Source of the DNA: an uncultured Phycisphaerales bacterium
Lineage (GTDB): Bacteria; Planctomycetota; Phycisphaerae; Tepidisphaerales; Tepidisphaeraceae
Length of the DNA stretch: 64,000 bases
Direction: 5' to 3'
Assembly: GCA_963755915.1 (NCBI GenBank)
Contig: CAVWLP010000001.1
Span: 29,187 to 93,186 of the forward strand
Shown here: piece by piece, positions 55,060 through 64,000 of the stretch
Position numbering within the stretch: the stretch's first letter is position 1
Layout of the letters: each line of letters begins with the position of its first letter
Notes under the pieces: model-generated
The model's database searches: none
Told to the model about the DNA's origin: nothing
What the model saw: only the letters and a program-made list of their open reading frames with translations
Translations under genes and position numbers: made by a program

Positions 55060-55518
55060 GTGCGAATCCACAAAATCAAATCAATTGCGGGTTTCAGTCT
55101 GGTCGCCATCCTGGCGGGTATTTTGAGCGGCTGCGAGTCGCAGCCATTTCAAGCCTATAAGGGACCAGAGCTTCCGCGGCAGAGAGTCGCAGTCCTCACG
55201 CCTAACGAAGGTGTAGGCGCTTATGTCACCAACACCGATGTTGCGATCATCGAGATCGATGGAGTTTATCTCAATACCGGCACACAGCCGGTTGCGCTTC
55301 TTCCAGGCACGCACCGAATTAGTTTTGTTCAGTTCAAATATCACCAGTACGGACATGCCATCGTCGAATACGTGAATGTGCAGGCGGGACAAGCTTATCG
55401 GGCCAGCAAGGTCGATTGCGACGTTCACGACGCTCCCAAACCCGATCAGTTTTCGAGCACGAGCACCCCTGGGGGAACCTGGTCGGTCGATATCCGAATG
55501 GAAGACGCCACGGATTAG
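55060..55518 (+). CDS. Putative lipoprotein
   Basis: Lipobox LSGC after a hydrophobic stretch. Confidence 0.6.
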   Translation: MRIHKIKSIAGFSLVAILAGILSGCESQPFQAYKGPELPRQRVAVLTPNEGVGAYVTNTDVAIIEIDGVYLNTGTQPVALLPGTHRISFVQFKYHQYGHAIVEYVNVQAGQAYRASKVDCDVHDAPKPDQFSSTSTPGGTWSVDIRMEDATD

Positions 55519-55566
55519 CGCCCGCTTTCAAACCTGCGGCCGATCGATAAACTGTATTGCTTATTC

Positions 55567-55639
55567 GGGGCCGTAGCTCAATTGGGAGAGCGCCGGGTTT
55601 GCAACTCGGAGGTTGCCGGTTCAATCCCGGTCGGCTCCA
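55567..55639 (+). tRNA. tRNA-Ala(TGC), CCA not encoded
   Basis: GGGGCCG/CGGCTCC acceptor stem with G3:U70, D-arm TAGCTCAATTGGGAGAGC, anticodon TGC, GGTTCAATCC T-loop. Confidence 0.95.
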
Positions 55640-55760
55640 TTCGACTCGCTGCGCTCGCTCATGGCAGGCCTGTCCTGAGCGAGCGCAGCGAGTCGAAAGG
55701 ACATTCTCCGGCGCTTGCAGCGGGTCGAATGCCCTGAGTAAGCGAAGCGCATCGAAGGGC
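55640..55760. repeat. REP-like palindromic repeats (CTGAG..TCGAAG type)
   Basis: Perfect 22-bp inverted repeat 55640-55661/55676-55697, plus a third variant gccctgagtaagcgaagcgcatcgaagggc at 55731-55760. Confidence 0.8.
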
Positions 55761-55766
55761 TAATCC

Positions 55767-56072
55767 ATGTCCGCATCTGCGCCAGCAGATTCATTTTTTG
55801 TGTATATCCTGCGCTGTTCTGACGGAAGCCTCTACGTTGGTCACACCTCTAATGTTGAGGAACGAGTAAAACTACAGAACGATGGAGGTGGCGCGCTATG
55901 GACGGCCGTTCGGCGACCCGTGACGTTAATGTACAAGGAACCTTGGCCTTCGCTGGAACAAGCGATCGCGAGAGAACGCCAGATCAAGCGCTGGACATCC
56001 CAGAAGAAACTGGCGCTGATTGCTGGTGACAAGGGCCGGCTGAAACTTTTGGCCAGGCGACGAATCCAATGA
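55767..56072 (+). CDS. GIY-YIG nuclease family protein
   Basis: FVYILRCSDGSLYVGHT..ERV, ARERQIKRW..KKLALI. Confidence 0.9.
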   Translation: MSASAPADSFFVYILRCSDGSLYVGHTSNVEERVKLQNDGGGALWTAVRRPVTLMYKEPWPSLEQAIARERQIKRWTSQKKLALIAGDKGRLKLLARRRIQ

Positions 56073-57495
56073 TTTCTCGCGGCGAATTGACTGAGAAATC
56101 CACGAAAGTTCACTCCAAAACGCTTGCGCGAGTTTTTCTTATTCTTTCCTTCGTTTTCGGCAATCTCCTCGTTTTTCTGATTCCGCCATTTCAATCCGCA
56201 GACGAGCCATGGCACTTTTACCGTGCCTATGAGATTTCCGAGGGAGGGCTGTCCGTCCGGCAAACCGATGCCCGCGGGATCCCGTGCGACGCGTTTCCTG
56301 TCAGCCTGTACAAGATCTGGCTTGCGTTTTCCCACATTGGATTTCATCCCGAAGCCAGGACCTCGCTTCACCAGATTCGAGAGGCGTATTCGATTCCGCT
56401 GGAACCGAATCAATGGATGCTGATCGCGCTGCCCAATACGTCTCACTACAGTCCGATCTGCTATTTACCGCAGTCGATCGGGATTGCGCTGGGGCGTTTG
56501 ATGGCGCCGGCCCGCTAACCCTTTTCTATCTGGGCCGCGAGGGCAACATGCTCGGCTGGATTCTGGCCGGCTATGTGGCCCTGCGATGTGCCCCGATCAT
56601 CGCGCCGCCGGTATTTCTTCTTTTGCTGATGCCGATGGCTCTTTATCTGGCCGCGACGAATTCAGCCGATGCACCAACCAGCGGCATGGCCATTGTGTTC
56701 ACGGCGATGGTTTTTCGTTATTCGACCGGCGCCGCCAATTCCGTTAGCGTCCGCCGCTGGCTTGGGCTCCTGCTTTTGTCGGTCGGCGTTTGCCTCTGCA
56801 AATTCGTCTACGCCCCGCTGCTGCTTCTTCTGCTGCTGATACCCGTCAAAAACATCGGCTCGGGAAGGAAGTACGCGTTCATGCTGGCGATTCTGATTAT
56901 CCTGGCCGCCTCCGCCTGGGCAGTCTGGACAATCAGCAGTTCCGCGGGTTTGAATTCGCGGATCAACGGCTCCCCCGACATTTCACCCTCCGATCAACTG
57001 CATCAGCTTGAGCAAAATCCCCTTCATTTTACTGCGGTGCTATGGACGACGATTGCCGCGCAGGGTTGGACATTTCTCCGGCTCTACGTAGGACTGATCG
57101 GGTGGTATGACGTGCTCGCCCCCGCCTGGCTGGCGGCCGGATATATCGCGATTCTTTTCTTCGCGTGCCTGCCCCCCAGGGATCAACCTGCATTTCCGAC
57201 TCTCACCAGAGCGACAATTCTCGTGCTCCCGGCGGTTCTGAGTTCATTGCTGATGATCGCACTGCTCAGTTATCTCTACTGGACGCCGGTAGGCGCGTCG
57301 CAAATTGACGGCATCCACGGAAGGTATCTCATCCCACTCTCGCCGGCGGTTTTCATTCTTCTTTGTGCAGCTTTCAATCGCATGGGCGTGAAATTGCCAC
57401 TTCAGCCACGTGCCGTAAAATTGATCTTGCCCCTGATTTCCCTGCTCACGTGCATCTATTGGACAATCGCGATCTGGAATCGATATTACAACTGA
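56069..57495 (+). CDS. DUF2142-family polytopic membrane protein (frameshift near 56495)
   Basis: PPFQSADEPWHFYRAY, YSPICYLPQ, K..Y, GIHGRYLIP. Confidence 0.75.
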
Positions 57496-57496
57496 C

Positions 57497-58774
57497 TCAT
57501 TCGCCGGCGGCCCATTTGACTTCCCCCGCGACGACGGTCGCCCTCGCCAAGCCCTTCACATTCCAGCCGTGGAACGGGCAATTGCGGCTCTTGCTCTGAA
57601 ATTTCTGAACGTCGATCGTCCAGGATCCCTGCGGATCGATCACCGTTACATCCGCAACCGCGCCAAGTCGCAACGTGCCGCGATCGAGCTTCACGATTTT
57701 CGCCGGCGAGGTGGACATCAGCTCGATCAGCTTCATCCAATCGACATGGCCCGGGTCAACGAGCGCCTTGATGTAAAGTGCCAGGGCGCATTCCAGCCCC
57801 AGAATCCCCATCGGCGCGAAGGGAAATTCCAGCTCCTTCTCCTCTGCCCGATGCGGGGCATGATCGGTCGCCAGGCAATCGATGGTGCCGTCTTTAACGC
57901 CCTCTATGCACGCCGCCACGTCCGCCGCAGTGCGCAGCGGCGGATTCATCTTGAAATTCGTGTCATATCCCCGGCACGATTCATCGGTCAGCAGCAGGTG
58001 ATGGGGCGACACCTCCGCGGTAACCACCTGCTTGTCGCGCTTGGCGCAGCGGATCAGCTCGACGCTCCAGGCCGTGCTGATGTGCTGCACGTGATAGCGG
58101 CAGCCGATGGTGCGGTTCAGGAGCAGATCGCGGGCGATCATGAGCTGCTCCGCCTCGGCGGGAATTCCGGTTAACCCGAGCGTGGTGGAGACGACCCCGG
58201 CGTGCATCGAGCCGCCGGCGAGGGTCGGCTCTTCGCAGTGCTGCATGATGCAGGCATCAAACATTTTTGAATATTGAAGCGCCTTGCGCATCACGGATGC
58301 ATCGGCAACGCCCACCCCATCGTCGCTCAAGGCAATCGCCCCGCGCTGAAGCATCGATCCGATTTCCGCAAGCTCCTTGCCCTCCCGGCCCTTGGTGATC
58401 GCCCCGATCGGCAGAACATTGGCCAGTCCCACCCGCTGCGCCTCTCGCAGGACAAATTCAATCTGCCCCTCGTTATCCAGCGGAGGCTTGGTGTTTGGCA
58501 TGCAGCAGACGGTCGTAAATCCGCCCGCCACGGCCGCGGCCGAGCCGGTGGCAATCGTCTCCTCTTCCTCGTCGCCCGGCTCGCGGAAGTGGACGTGAAT
58601 GTCGATCAGCCCCGGGTTGACGAAACATCCGCTCGCGTCAATCGTGCGGTCGGCTTTGCCGAGATTCTGGCCGACGGCCGCGATCTTGCCGTCCCGGATC
58701 AGGAGATCGTCTTTGCGCTGCAACCGCTGCGAGGGGTCGAGGATCGTGCCGTGTTGGATCAGCAGACTTGCCAT
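57497..58774 (-). CDS. pyrC: Dihydroorotase
   Basis: PGLIDIHVHFREPG, MPNT, KMNPPLR, ATDHAPH. Confidence 0.95.
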   Translation of the reverse strand: MASLLIQHGTILDPSQRLQRKDDLLIRDGKIAAVGQNLGKADRTIDASGCFVNPGLIDIHVHFREPGDEEEETIATGSAAAVAGGFTTVCCMPNTKPPLDNEGQIEFVLREAQRVGLANVLPIGAITKGREGKELAEIGSMLQRGAIALSDDGVGVADASVMRKALQYSKMFDACIMQHCEEPTLAGGSMHAGVVSTTLGLTGIPAEAEQLMIARDLLLNRTIGCRYHVQHISTAWSVELIRCAKRDKQVVTAEVSPHHLLLTDESCRGYDTNFKMNPPLRTAADVAACIEGVKDGTIDCLATDHAPHRAEEKELEFPFAPMGILGLECALALYIKALVDPGHVDWMKLIELMSTSPAKIVKLDRGTLRLGAVADVTVIDPQGSWTIDVQKFQSKSRNCPFHGWNVKGLARATVVAGEVKWAAGE

Positions 58775-58778
58775 AGTT

Positions 58779-59729
58779 TCAATTGCCCGCCTGTGTAACA
58801 AGAAAGAGCACGGCCATGCGAATCGCCAGGCCGTTGGTCACCTGAGTGAGGATTCCGCTGTTGGGACCATCGGCGATCTTCGAGCCGATTTCGATGCCGC
58901 GGTTCATCGGACCCGGATGCATCACAAACACATCGCGCTTGCAGCGGGCGAAGCGATCGGTGTTCAGGCCAAAGAGCCGCGTGAATTCGCGGACGGATGG
59001 GAACTGGCTGCTCTTGATCCGCTCGAACTGCACACGGAGCATGTTAATGACATCCACTTCCTCGACGATGGAATCGAAATCGTTCACGCAGCGCGCTCCC
59101 AGCGATTCAAAGGCCCTGGGAAGAAGCGTCGGCGGGCCGACGAGGATTACCTCGGCGCCCAGTTTTTTCAGACCCCACAAATTTGACCTCGCAACCCGGC
59201 TGTTGGCGATATCACCGACGATCGCGACCTTCAGCCCGGCGATTTTCCCGAAGCGCTCGCGGATGGTGTAAAGATCGAGCAGCCCCTGCGTCGGATGCTC
59301 GTGGGCCCCGTCCCCGGCATTCACCACGCTGCAATTTACGGAGCGCGACAAAATCTCCGCCGCCCCCGCGGCCTGGTGGCGAAGGACGATCACATCGACC
59401 CCCATCGCCTCGATATTGCGGGCGGTGTCGATGAGCGTTTCGCCCTTGCTGACGCTCGACCCTTTTTCTGAGAAGTCGATCACATCAGCCCCCAGCCGCG
59501 ACGCGGCCAGGGAGAAGCTTGTCCGCGTTCGCGTGCTGTCTTCGAAAAAAGCGTTCACCACCACACGCCCGCGCAGGGCGGGATATTTCTTGATGCTGCG
59601 CCTGGAGACATCGCGCATCGAGTAAGCGGTATCGAGCACAAATTCCAGCTCCGCCGGCGAAAGCGCCTCCAGCGCAAGCAGGTGCTTGCGCTTCCATACA
59701 TCGCTGCGAGATTTCTCGAGTTCGGCCAT
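58779..59729 (-). CDS. pyrB: Aspartate carbamoyltransferase catalytic subunit
   Basis: FFEDSTRTRTSF, NAGDGAHEHPTQ, MHPGPMNRG. Confidence 0.96.
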   Translation of the reverse strand: MAELEKSRSDVWKRKHLLALEALSPAELEFVLDTAYSMRDVSRRSIKKYPALRGRVVVNAFFEDSTRTRTSFSLAASRLGADVIDFSEKGSSVSKGETLIDTARNIEAMGVDVIVLRHQAAGAAEILSRSVNCSVVNAGDGAHEHPTQGLLDLYTIRERFGKIAGLKVAIVGDIANSRVARSNLWGLKKLGAEVILVGPPTLLPRAFESLGARCVNDFDSIVEEVDVINMLRVQFERIKSSQFPSVREFTRLFGLNTDRFARCKRDVFVMHPGPMNRGIEIGSKIADGPNSGILTQVTNGLAIRMAVLFLVTQAGN

Positions 59730-60262
59730 CAGGTTCTGGGTTCCACAAGAATTTCATCCCGGCCGTCGACTTCGGCGAGGCGGACATTGACGCGATAATC
59801 GCGGGGAACGTCTTCCAGCGCCCTCCCCACGAAATCCGCCTGGATGGGCAGCTCCCGGCCACCGCGATCGATGAGCACCAGAAGCCGCACCACGCCCGGC
59901 CGTCCGAAATCGCTGAGGGCATTCAGCGCCGCCCGCACAGAACGGCCCGTAAACAGCACATCGTCCACGAGAAGCAGCGGCGAGGCGTCGATCGGAATAT
60001 TGATCTCCGTCGGCCGCACGATCGGGCTGGGCCCGATCTCCGACAGGTCGTCGCGATAAAGCGTGATATCCAACACCCCGCGCCCGATCCGGCCGAAGCC
60101 GCGATCGGCCAATGCACGAGCCAACCGCTGGGCCAGGATTTCCCCGCGGGTGCGGATTCCGATGATATTTAGTTGTGAATCAGCCGAAAACGCCCCCGCG
60201 AGGCGATCGACCAGGGTATCGATCATTCGCCCGACGTCCGACGCGTCGTAAACAGTGCGCAT
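59729..60262 (-). CDS. pyrR: PyrR regulator / uracil phosphoribosyltransferase
   Basis: GIRTRG, LDITLYRDDL, LVDDVLFTGRSVRAAL, DRGGRELPIQADFVG. Confidence 0.93.
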   Translation of the reverse strand: MRTVYDASDVGRMIDTLVDRLAGAFSADSQLNIIGIRTRGEILAQRLARALADRGFGRIGRGVLDITLYRDDLSEIGPSPIVRPTEINIPIDASPLLLVDDVLFTGRSVRAALNALSDFGRPGVVRLLVLIDRGGRELPIQADFVGRALEDVPRDYRVNVRLAEVDGRDEILVEPRT

Positions 60263-60299
60263 TAAAAGATGGAAGATAAGGGAAGATGGCTCCGTGAGC

Positions 60300-60387
60300 A
60301 AATTCGAAACTCGAAATTCGAAATTCGAATCAAATTCGAATGATCGAATGTTCAAAACCTTTGTTTCGAATTTCGAGTTTCGAATTT
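60300..60387. repeat. TTCGAA-rich element with perfect 24-bp inverted repeat
   Basis: aaattcgaaactcgaaattcgaaa (60300-60323) and its exact reverse complement (60364-60387). Confidence 0.85.
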
Positions 60388-60435
60388 CCTCCCCCCCTCT
60401 TTGTCTATCCGCCCCTCATCGCATATCCTCCTGAT

Positions 60436-61116
60436 ATGGACGCAAAGCAACGAGCCGGCGAGGCGGCGCTTCAGCACGTGAAGGACGGGATGATCATCGG
60501 CCTGGGAACCGGATCGACCGCCAAATTCTTCATTGAGGCCGTTGCGGGGGCGGTTCGATCGGGAAAGCTTCGCGATATCCGTGTCGTCCCCACCAGCGTC
60601 AATTCTGAAAAGCTGGCCGAAGCCGACGGCCTGAAGGTCGTTACCTTCGCACAGACGGCCACCATCGATCTAACCGTAGACGGCGCCGATGAAGTTGCCC
60701 CCGACCTGACGCTTATAAAGGGCCTCGGCGGCGCGCTTCTTCGCGAAAAACTGGTCGCCCAGAACTCCACCAGGCTCGTCATCATCGCCGACGCCAGCAA
60801 GCTGGTGACCAAGCTCGGCACCAAATCGCCCCTGCCCGTTGAAGTCACCCCCTTTGGGATGGAGGCCAGCGAGCGATTCCTCCGCGCCCAGGGGTGTACG
60901 CCAACCCTGCGGCGAAACGCCAACGGCGACGTCTTTGTCACCGACAACGGCAACTACATATTTCACTGCAAATTCGCTGAAATCCCCGACGCACGCGCAC
61001 TTAATGTCACGCTGGCAACCCGAGCTGGAATCGTCGAATCCGGGCTCTTCATCGACCTGGCCCACACCGCGATCATCGCGGACGATCAAACCGTCTGGAC
61101 CATCGCCAAGCCCTGA
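60436..61116 (+). CDS. rpiA: Ribose-5-phosphate isomerase A
   Basis: GLGTGST, DGADEV, IKGLGGALLREK, TDNGN. Confidence 0.96.
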   Translation: MDAKQRAGEAALQHVKDGMIIGLGTGSTAKFFIEAVAGAVRSGKLRDIRVVPTSVNSEKLAEADGLKVVTFAQTATIDLTVDGADEVAPDLTLIKGLGGALLREKLVAQNSTRLVIIADASKLVTKLGTKSPLPVEVTPFGMEASERFLRAQGCTPTLRRNANGDVFVTDNGNYIFHCKFAEIPDARALNVTLATRAGIVESGLFIDLAHTAIIADDQTVWTIAKP

Positions 61117-61752
61117 TTATTTTGAGGGGGGCTCGATATTGATCCCCTTATCGACCGTAAAGATGCGATGCGTCAGTTGATCCGTGAACTGGACGTGCAG
61201 CATCAGGGATGCGTGCGCGGGGACGGTCTGCCACGGGCAATCCAGCACATAGTTCTCCATGAGCAGCGAGTTAAACCAGCTCGCGCGGCTCTGCTTGAGG
61301 TCAAAATCCCACGTGCCGATGCGGTTGTTTGAGGTCAGGGCGAGGTCGAACAGATCGACGTGAAACATCCCCGTTGCCGTGATCTTGTTTCCATCCTGAT
61401 CGATTGGGCAGACGTAGACTTTCACCATCGTATCGCCGTACTGGTTTGGATCGGGGTGATATCCGCCGGTCAGCGATCCGAATTTCAACCCCGCGGTGGT
61501 GAAAAGCTGGTCGAGCTCATCCTGCGGCAGCACCGGCACGGTGGTGGCATTTGCCTGAAGGCCGCGGATGGTGGCCTGATCGGCGGAGTGCCGGCGGTCC
61601 AAAACCGATAGCTGGTCCTGGAGCTGCTGGTTTTGCTTTCGCAACTCGATGTTGGCCTGGCTTGGGGTGTTGTTGAAACACCCTCCTGCTGACAAACTCA
61701 CGAGCATTGCGCCCAGGAATATCAGGCTCAGCGGGCTATTCCTTGGCCTCAT
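61117..61752 (-). CDS. Putative lipoprotein with coiled-coil
   Basis: LSAGGC lipobox-like, [13 protein letters not shown]. Confidence 0.6.
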   Translation of the reverse strand: MRPRNSPLSLIFLGAMLVSLSAGGCFNNTPSQANIELRKQNQQLQDQLSVLDRRHSADQATIRGLQANATTVPVLPQDELDQLFTTAGLKFGSLTGGYHPDPNQYGDTMVKVYVCPIDQDGNKITATGMFHVDLFDLALTSNNRIGTWDFDLKQSRASWFNSLLMENYVLDCPWQTVPAHASLMLHVQFTDQLTHRIFTVDKGINIEPPSK

Positions 61753-62383
61753 CCGAATCCTCGTTGCGGTTGGCGACGACCATGTCCGGAACCCGCTCCA
61801 GCACATGATCGGCGCAGCCGTATTCAATCGCTTCTTCGGCAAACAGCCATTTGTTGCGGTCGAAATCGCGATGGATCTGCTCGGCAGGTTTGCCCGTGAA
61901 ATCGGCCATCATCTTGTACATGCGGTCGCGCATGCGAAGCATGTGGGCGGCCTCGATTCCAAGATCCGTCGCCGGGCCCTGCAAAACACCGCCGATCAGC
62001 GGCTGGTGCAGCATCACCTGGCTGTTCGCCAGAACCGCGCGCTTTCCTTTCTTTCCGCCCGCCAGCAGAAACGCTCCCATGCTGGCGGCCATTCCGATGC
62101 AGGTGGTCGCCACGTCGCAGCGAAGGAACCGCATGGTGTCGATGATCCCCAGCCCGGCCGACACGCTGCCGCCGGGGGAATTGATGTAGAACTGGATATC
62201 CGTCTTGGGATCGTCGTTGGAGAGAAACAAAAGCTGCGCGATGATCGTGTTGGCCGAGTCATCGGTCACGGGTCCGCCGAGGATGACGATGCGGTCTTTC
62301 AGCAGCCGGGAATAGATGTCGTAGGCGCGCTCGCCGCGGCCGGATTTTTCGATCACGATCGGAATGAGATTGTTCTGAGACAT
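61736..62383 (-). CDS. clpP: Clp protease proteolytic subunit
   Basis: [33 protein letters not shown]. Confidence 0.95.
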   Translation of the reverse strand: MSQNNLIPIVIEKSGRGERAYDIYSRLLKDRIVILGGPVTDDSANTIIAQLLFLSNDDPKTDIQFYINSPGGSVSAGLGIIDTMRFLRCDVATTCIGMAASMGAFLLAGGKKGKRAVLANSQVMLHQPLIGGVLQGPATDLGIEAAHMLRMRDRMYKMMADFTGKPAEQIHRDFDRNKWLFAEEAIEYGCADHVLERVPDMVVANRNEDSDEAKE

Positions 62384-62388
62384 AATTC

Positions 62389-62784
62389 TTACTTGCCTTT
62401 CCGCTCCACAATTTGCAATTCGTTTCCTTCAGGGTCCCGGAACGAGACCACCATATCTCCTCCAACGCCCGGCATCGGCTCGAACAAAAACGGCACCTTC
62501 AGCTCCTTGAGCCGCCGGTAAGCTTCCTTGAAATCGCTCACCCGCAGCGCCAGATGCCGAAGGCCCGGCTGAAACCGCGGCACTTCCACCGGCGGTGGTC
62601 CGGGATTTTTCACCGGCATCAGCTCGATCATCCCGCCGCCGTCTCCGAAGCCAATCAATATGCTCGGCGGGGTATTGCCGTCGTTGAAGATGATCTTCAT
62701 CCCGAAATTCCGGCAATACCAATCCACCTGCCCATGAACGTCCTGGCAGGAAATCGCGGGATGATCGATGCAGGTGTAGAGCAT
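62389..62784 (-). CDS. VOC/glyoxalase-family protein
   Basis: [25 protein letters not shown]. Confidence 0.88.
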   Translation of the reverse strand: MLYTCIDHPAISCQDVHGQVDWYCRNFGMKIIFNDGNTPPSILIGFGDGGGMIELMPVKNPGPPPVEVPRFQPGLRHLALRVSDFKEAYRRLKELKVPFLFEPMPGVGGDMVVSFRDPEGNELQIVERKGK

Positions 62785-62787
62785 CCG

Positions 62788-63507
62788 TTATTTCGGCTTG
62801 GTGCCATCACTGGCGGCCACCGCGGCGGGAGAGTCCTCGCCCAGCAGCTCGTCGCAGATGCCATACTCCACGCACTGCTTGGCGTCGAAGAACCGGTCGC
62901 GCTCGCTGTCTTCGCGGATGCGGTCCATCGATTGTCCGGTGCACTTCGACATGATTCCGATCAGCGTATCCTTGGTCTTGAGGATTTCGTCCGCCTGGAT
63001 CTGGATATCGGCCGCCTGCCCGTAAACGCCGCCGAAGGGCTGGTGGATCATCACCTTCGCATTAGGAAGGATAAATCGTTTCCCCTTCTTTCCTGCCATG
63101 AGGACAATCGCCCCGCCGCTCTCGGCCCGGCCGATACAGTACGTGGCGACATCGCAGGTAAGGAATTTCATGATGTCGTAAATCGCCAGCGTGTCGTCCA
63201 CCACACCGCCGGGGCTGTTGATATAGAGGTTGATGTCCTGGTCGCGCTTGACGCTCTGGAGATAGAGCATCTGCATCATGATCCGGCTGGCCGAGACGTG
63301 ATTGATCTCGCCGACGAGGAAGAGCACCCGGTTTTCCAGAAGCATTTCCTCGAGGGTCATCTCGCGATAGCGGTTGTATCCCCCGCCGGGAGGGCCGGGC
63401 ATGGCCACCGGCATGTTCACCGGCATGGTTCGCGGATCGGCGCCGAGGTATCGGGCCGCCCGGTCCAGAAGTCTTGGGTCAAGATTGTTCGAATCCAAAT
63501 TCACCAC
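62788..63507 (-). CDS. clpP: Clp protease proteolytic subunit (second paralogue)
   Basis: YINSPGG, GRAESGG, MIHQP, DSERDRFF. Confidence 0.92.
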   Translation of the reverse strand: MVNLDSNNLDPRLLDRAARYLGADPRTMPVNMPVAMPGPPGGGYNRYREMTLEEMLLENRVLFLVGEINHVSASRIMMQMLYLQSVKRDQDINLYINSPGGVVDDTLAIYDIMKFLTCDVATYCIGRAESGGAIVLMAGKKGKRFILPNAKVMIHQPFGGVYGQAADIQIQADEILKTKDTLIGIMSKCTGQSMDRIREDSERDRFFDAKQCVEYGICDELLGEDSPAAVAASDGTKPK

Positions 63508-63574
63508 ATCGTCTCCTTCACGCAGTCGCTTAGGTTTCTGCGCTGGGCGATGTTATGCCCTTGTCCATGCATTT

Positions 63575-64000
63575 TCAATTAAACGGAAGCCGCGCAGGCG
63601 AATCAAACGTCTGCGCTCCTGGGGACCGATAAAACCAGCACCGCGCCACTGCCAGCGAAGCTGCCACCACCAGCAGTCCCGCGGTGTACATTCCGGTGCG
63701 CTGCTTAGCCCATCCGATAGCGAACGGGGCAACAAAACCGGAGAGCGCACCGGTTGAATTGATGACCGCGATTCCCGCTGCCGCCGCGCACCGCGCAGAT
63801 ATCGTGTCGGCAGCGTCCAGAACGGCCCCAGCGTGCCGAATATCCCCACCGCCGCCAGACACATCGCCAGCACTCCCGCCGCTGGCGTCCTCATGTACCC
63901 CAGCACGGCGATCCCAGACGCGGCCACAATCGCACAAGCCGCCACGCAGAGCCGCCGCCGCCCCGCGCAATCGGTGGCGACGCCGATCAATACCATTGAT
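63575..64000 (-). CDS. MFS transporter, C-terminal part (partial; frameshift near 63790)
   Basis: FWTLPTRYL..AAAAGIAVINSTGALSGFVAPFAIG, typical of ACS-family MFS C-termini. Confidence 0.75.
   Translation of the reverse strand: MNGIDRRRHRLRGAAAALRGGLCDCGRVWDRRAGVHEDASGGSAGDVSGGGGDIRHAGAVLDAADTISARCAAAAGIAVINSTGALSGFVAPFAIGWAKQRTGMYTAGLLVVAASLAVARCWFYRSPGAQTFDSPARLPFN

Noticed and set aside
47733-55639. Alanine-themed cluster (ald, alr, tRNA-Ala)
   Set aside because: Separated by unrelated genes in different orientations; probably coincidence.
55567-57495. Integrative island at tRNA-Ala
   Set aside because: No integrase and no duplicated tRNA 3' end found in the window.

Overview
GC-rich bacterial chromosomal window, probably from a planctomycete (Phycisphaerae/Tepidisphaerales-like). 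This is an inference from ECF sigma factors with long C-terminal extensions, PEP-CTERM proteins with dockerin-like repeats, and an H-X9-DG prepilin. At least 15 otherwise intact genes carry 1-2 nt frameshifts, most likely long-read assembly errors, so several genes are reported here as joined ORFs. Contents in order: two extended ECF sigma factors, an esterase, DoxX and a repeat-flanked cytochrome b/catalase (SrpA-like) cassette (1-7 kb). Next is a xylan/glucan utilisation locus (8-25.4 kb: GH52, ABC sugar transporter, GH44, GH10, BNR-4 protein, LacI regulator, two PEP-CTERM proteins and a prepilin-like protein), tied together by five copies of a GTAANCGNTTAC operator. A 12-kb two-component/c-di-GMP signalling cluster follows (27.4-39.8 kb), including a REC-HD-GYP-REC-GGDEF-Hpt fusion. 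The rest is mostly housekeeping (moaC, NtrC-type regulator, ald, alr, xylA, tRNA-Ala, pyrRBC, rpiA, two clpP), plus a CTAG-flanked MITE-like element and a GIY-YIG nuclease preceded by palindromic repeats at tRNA-Ala. The most striking object is 44029-45761 (-): an ECF sigma factor fused to a degenerate F1-ATP synthase beta-subunit-like domain, with an altered P-loop, a shortened catalytic core and a replaced DELSEED loop. It stands alone, outside any atp operon, between 40-bp direct repeats.
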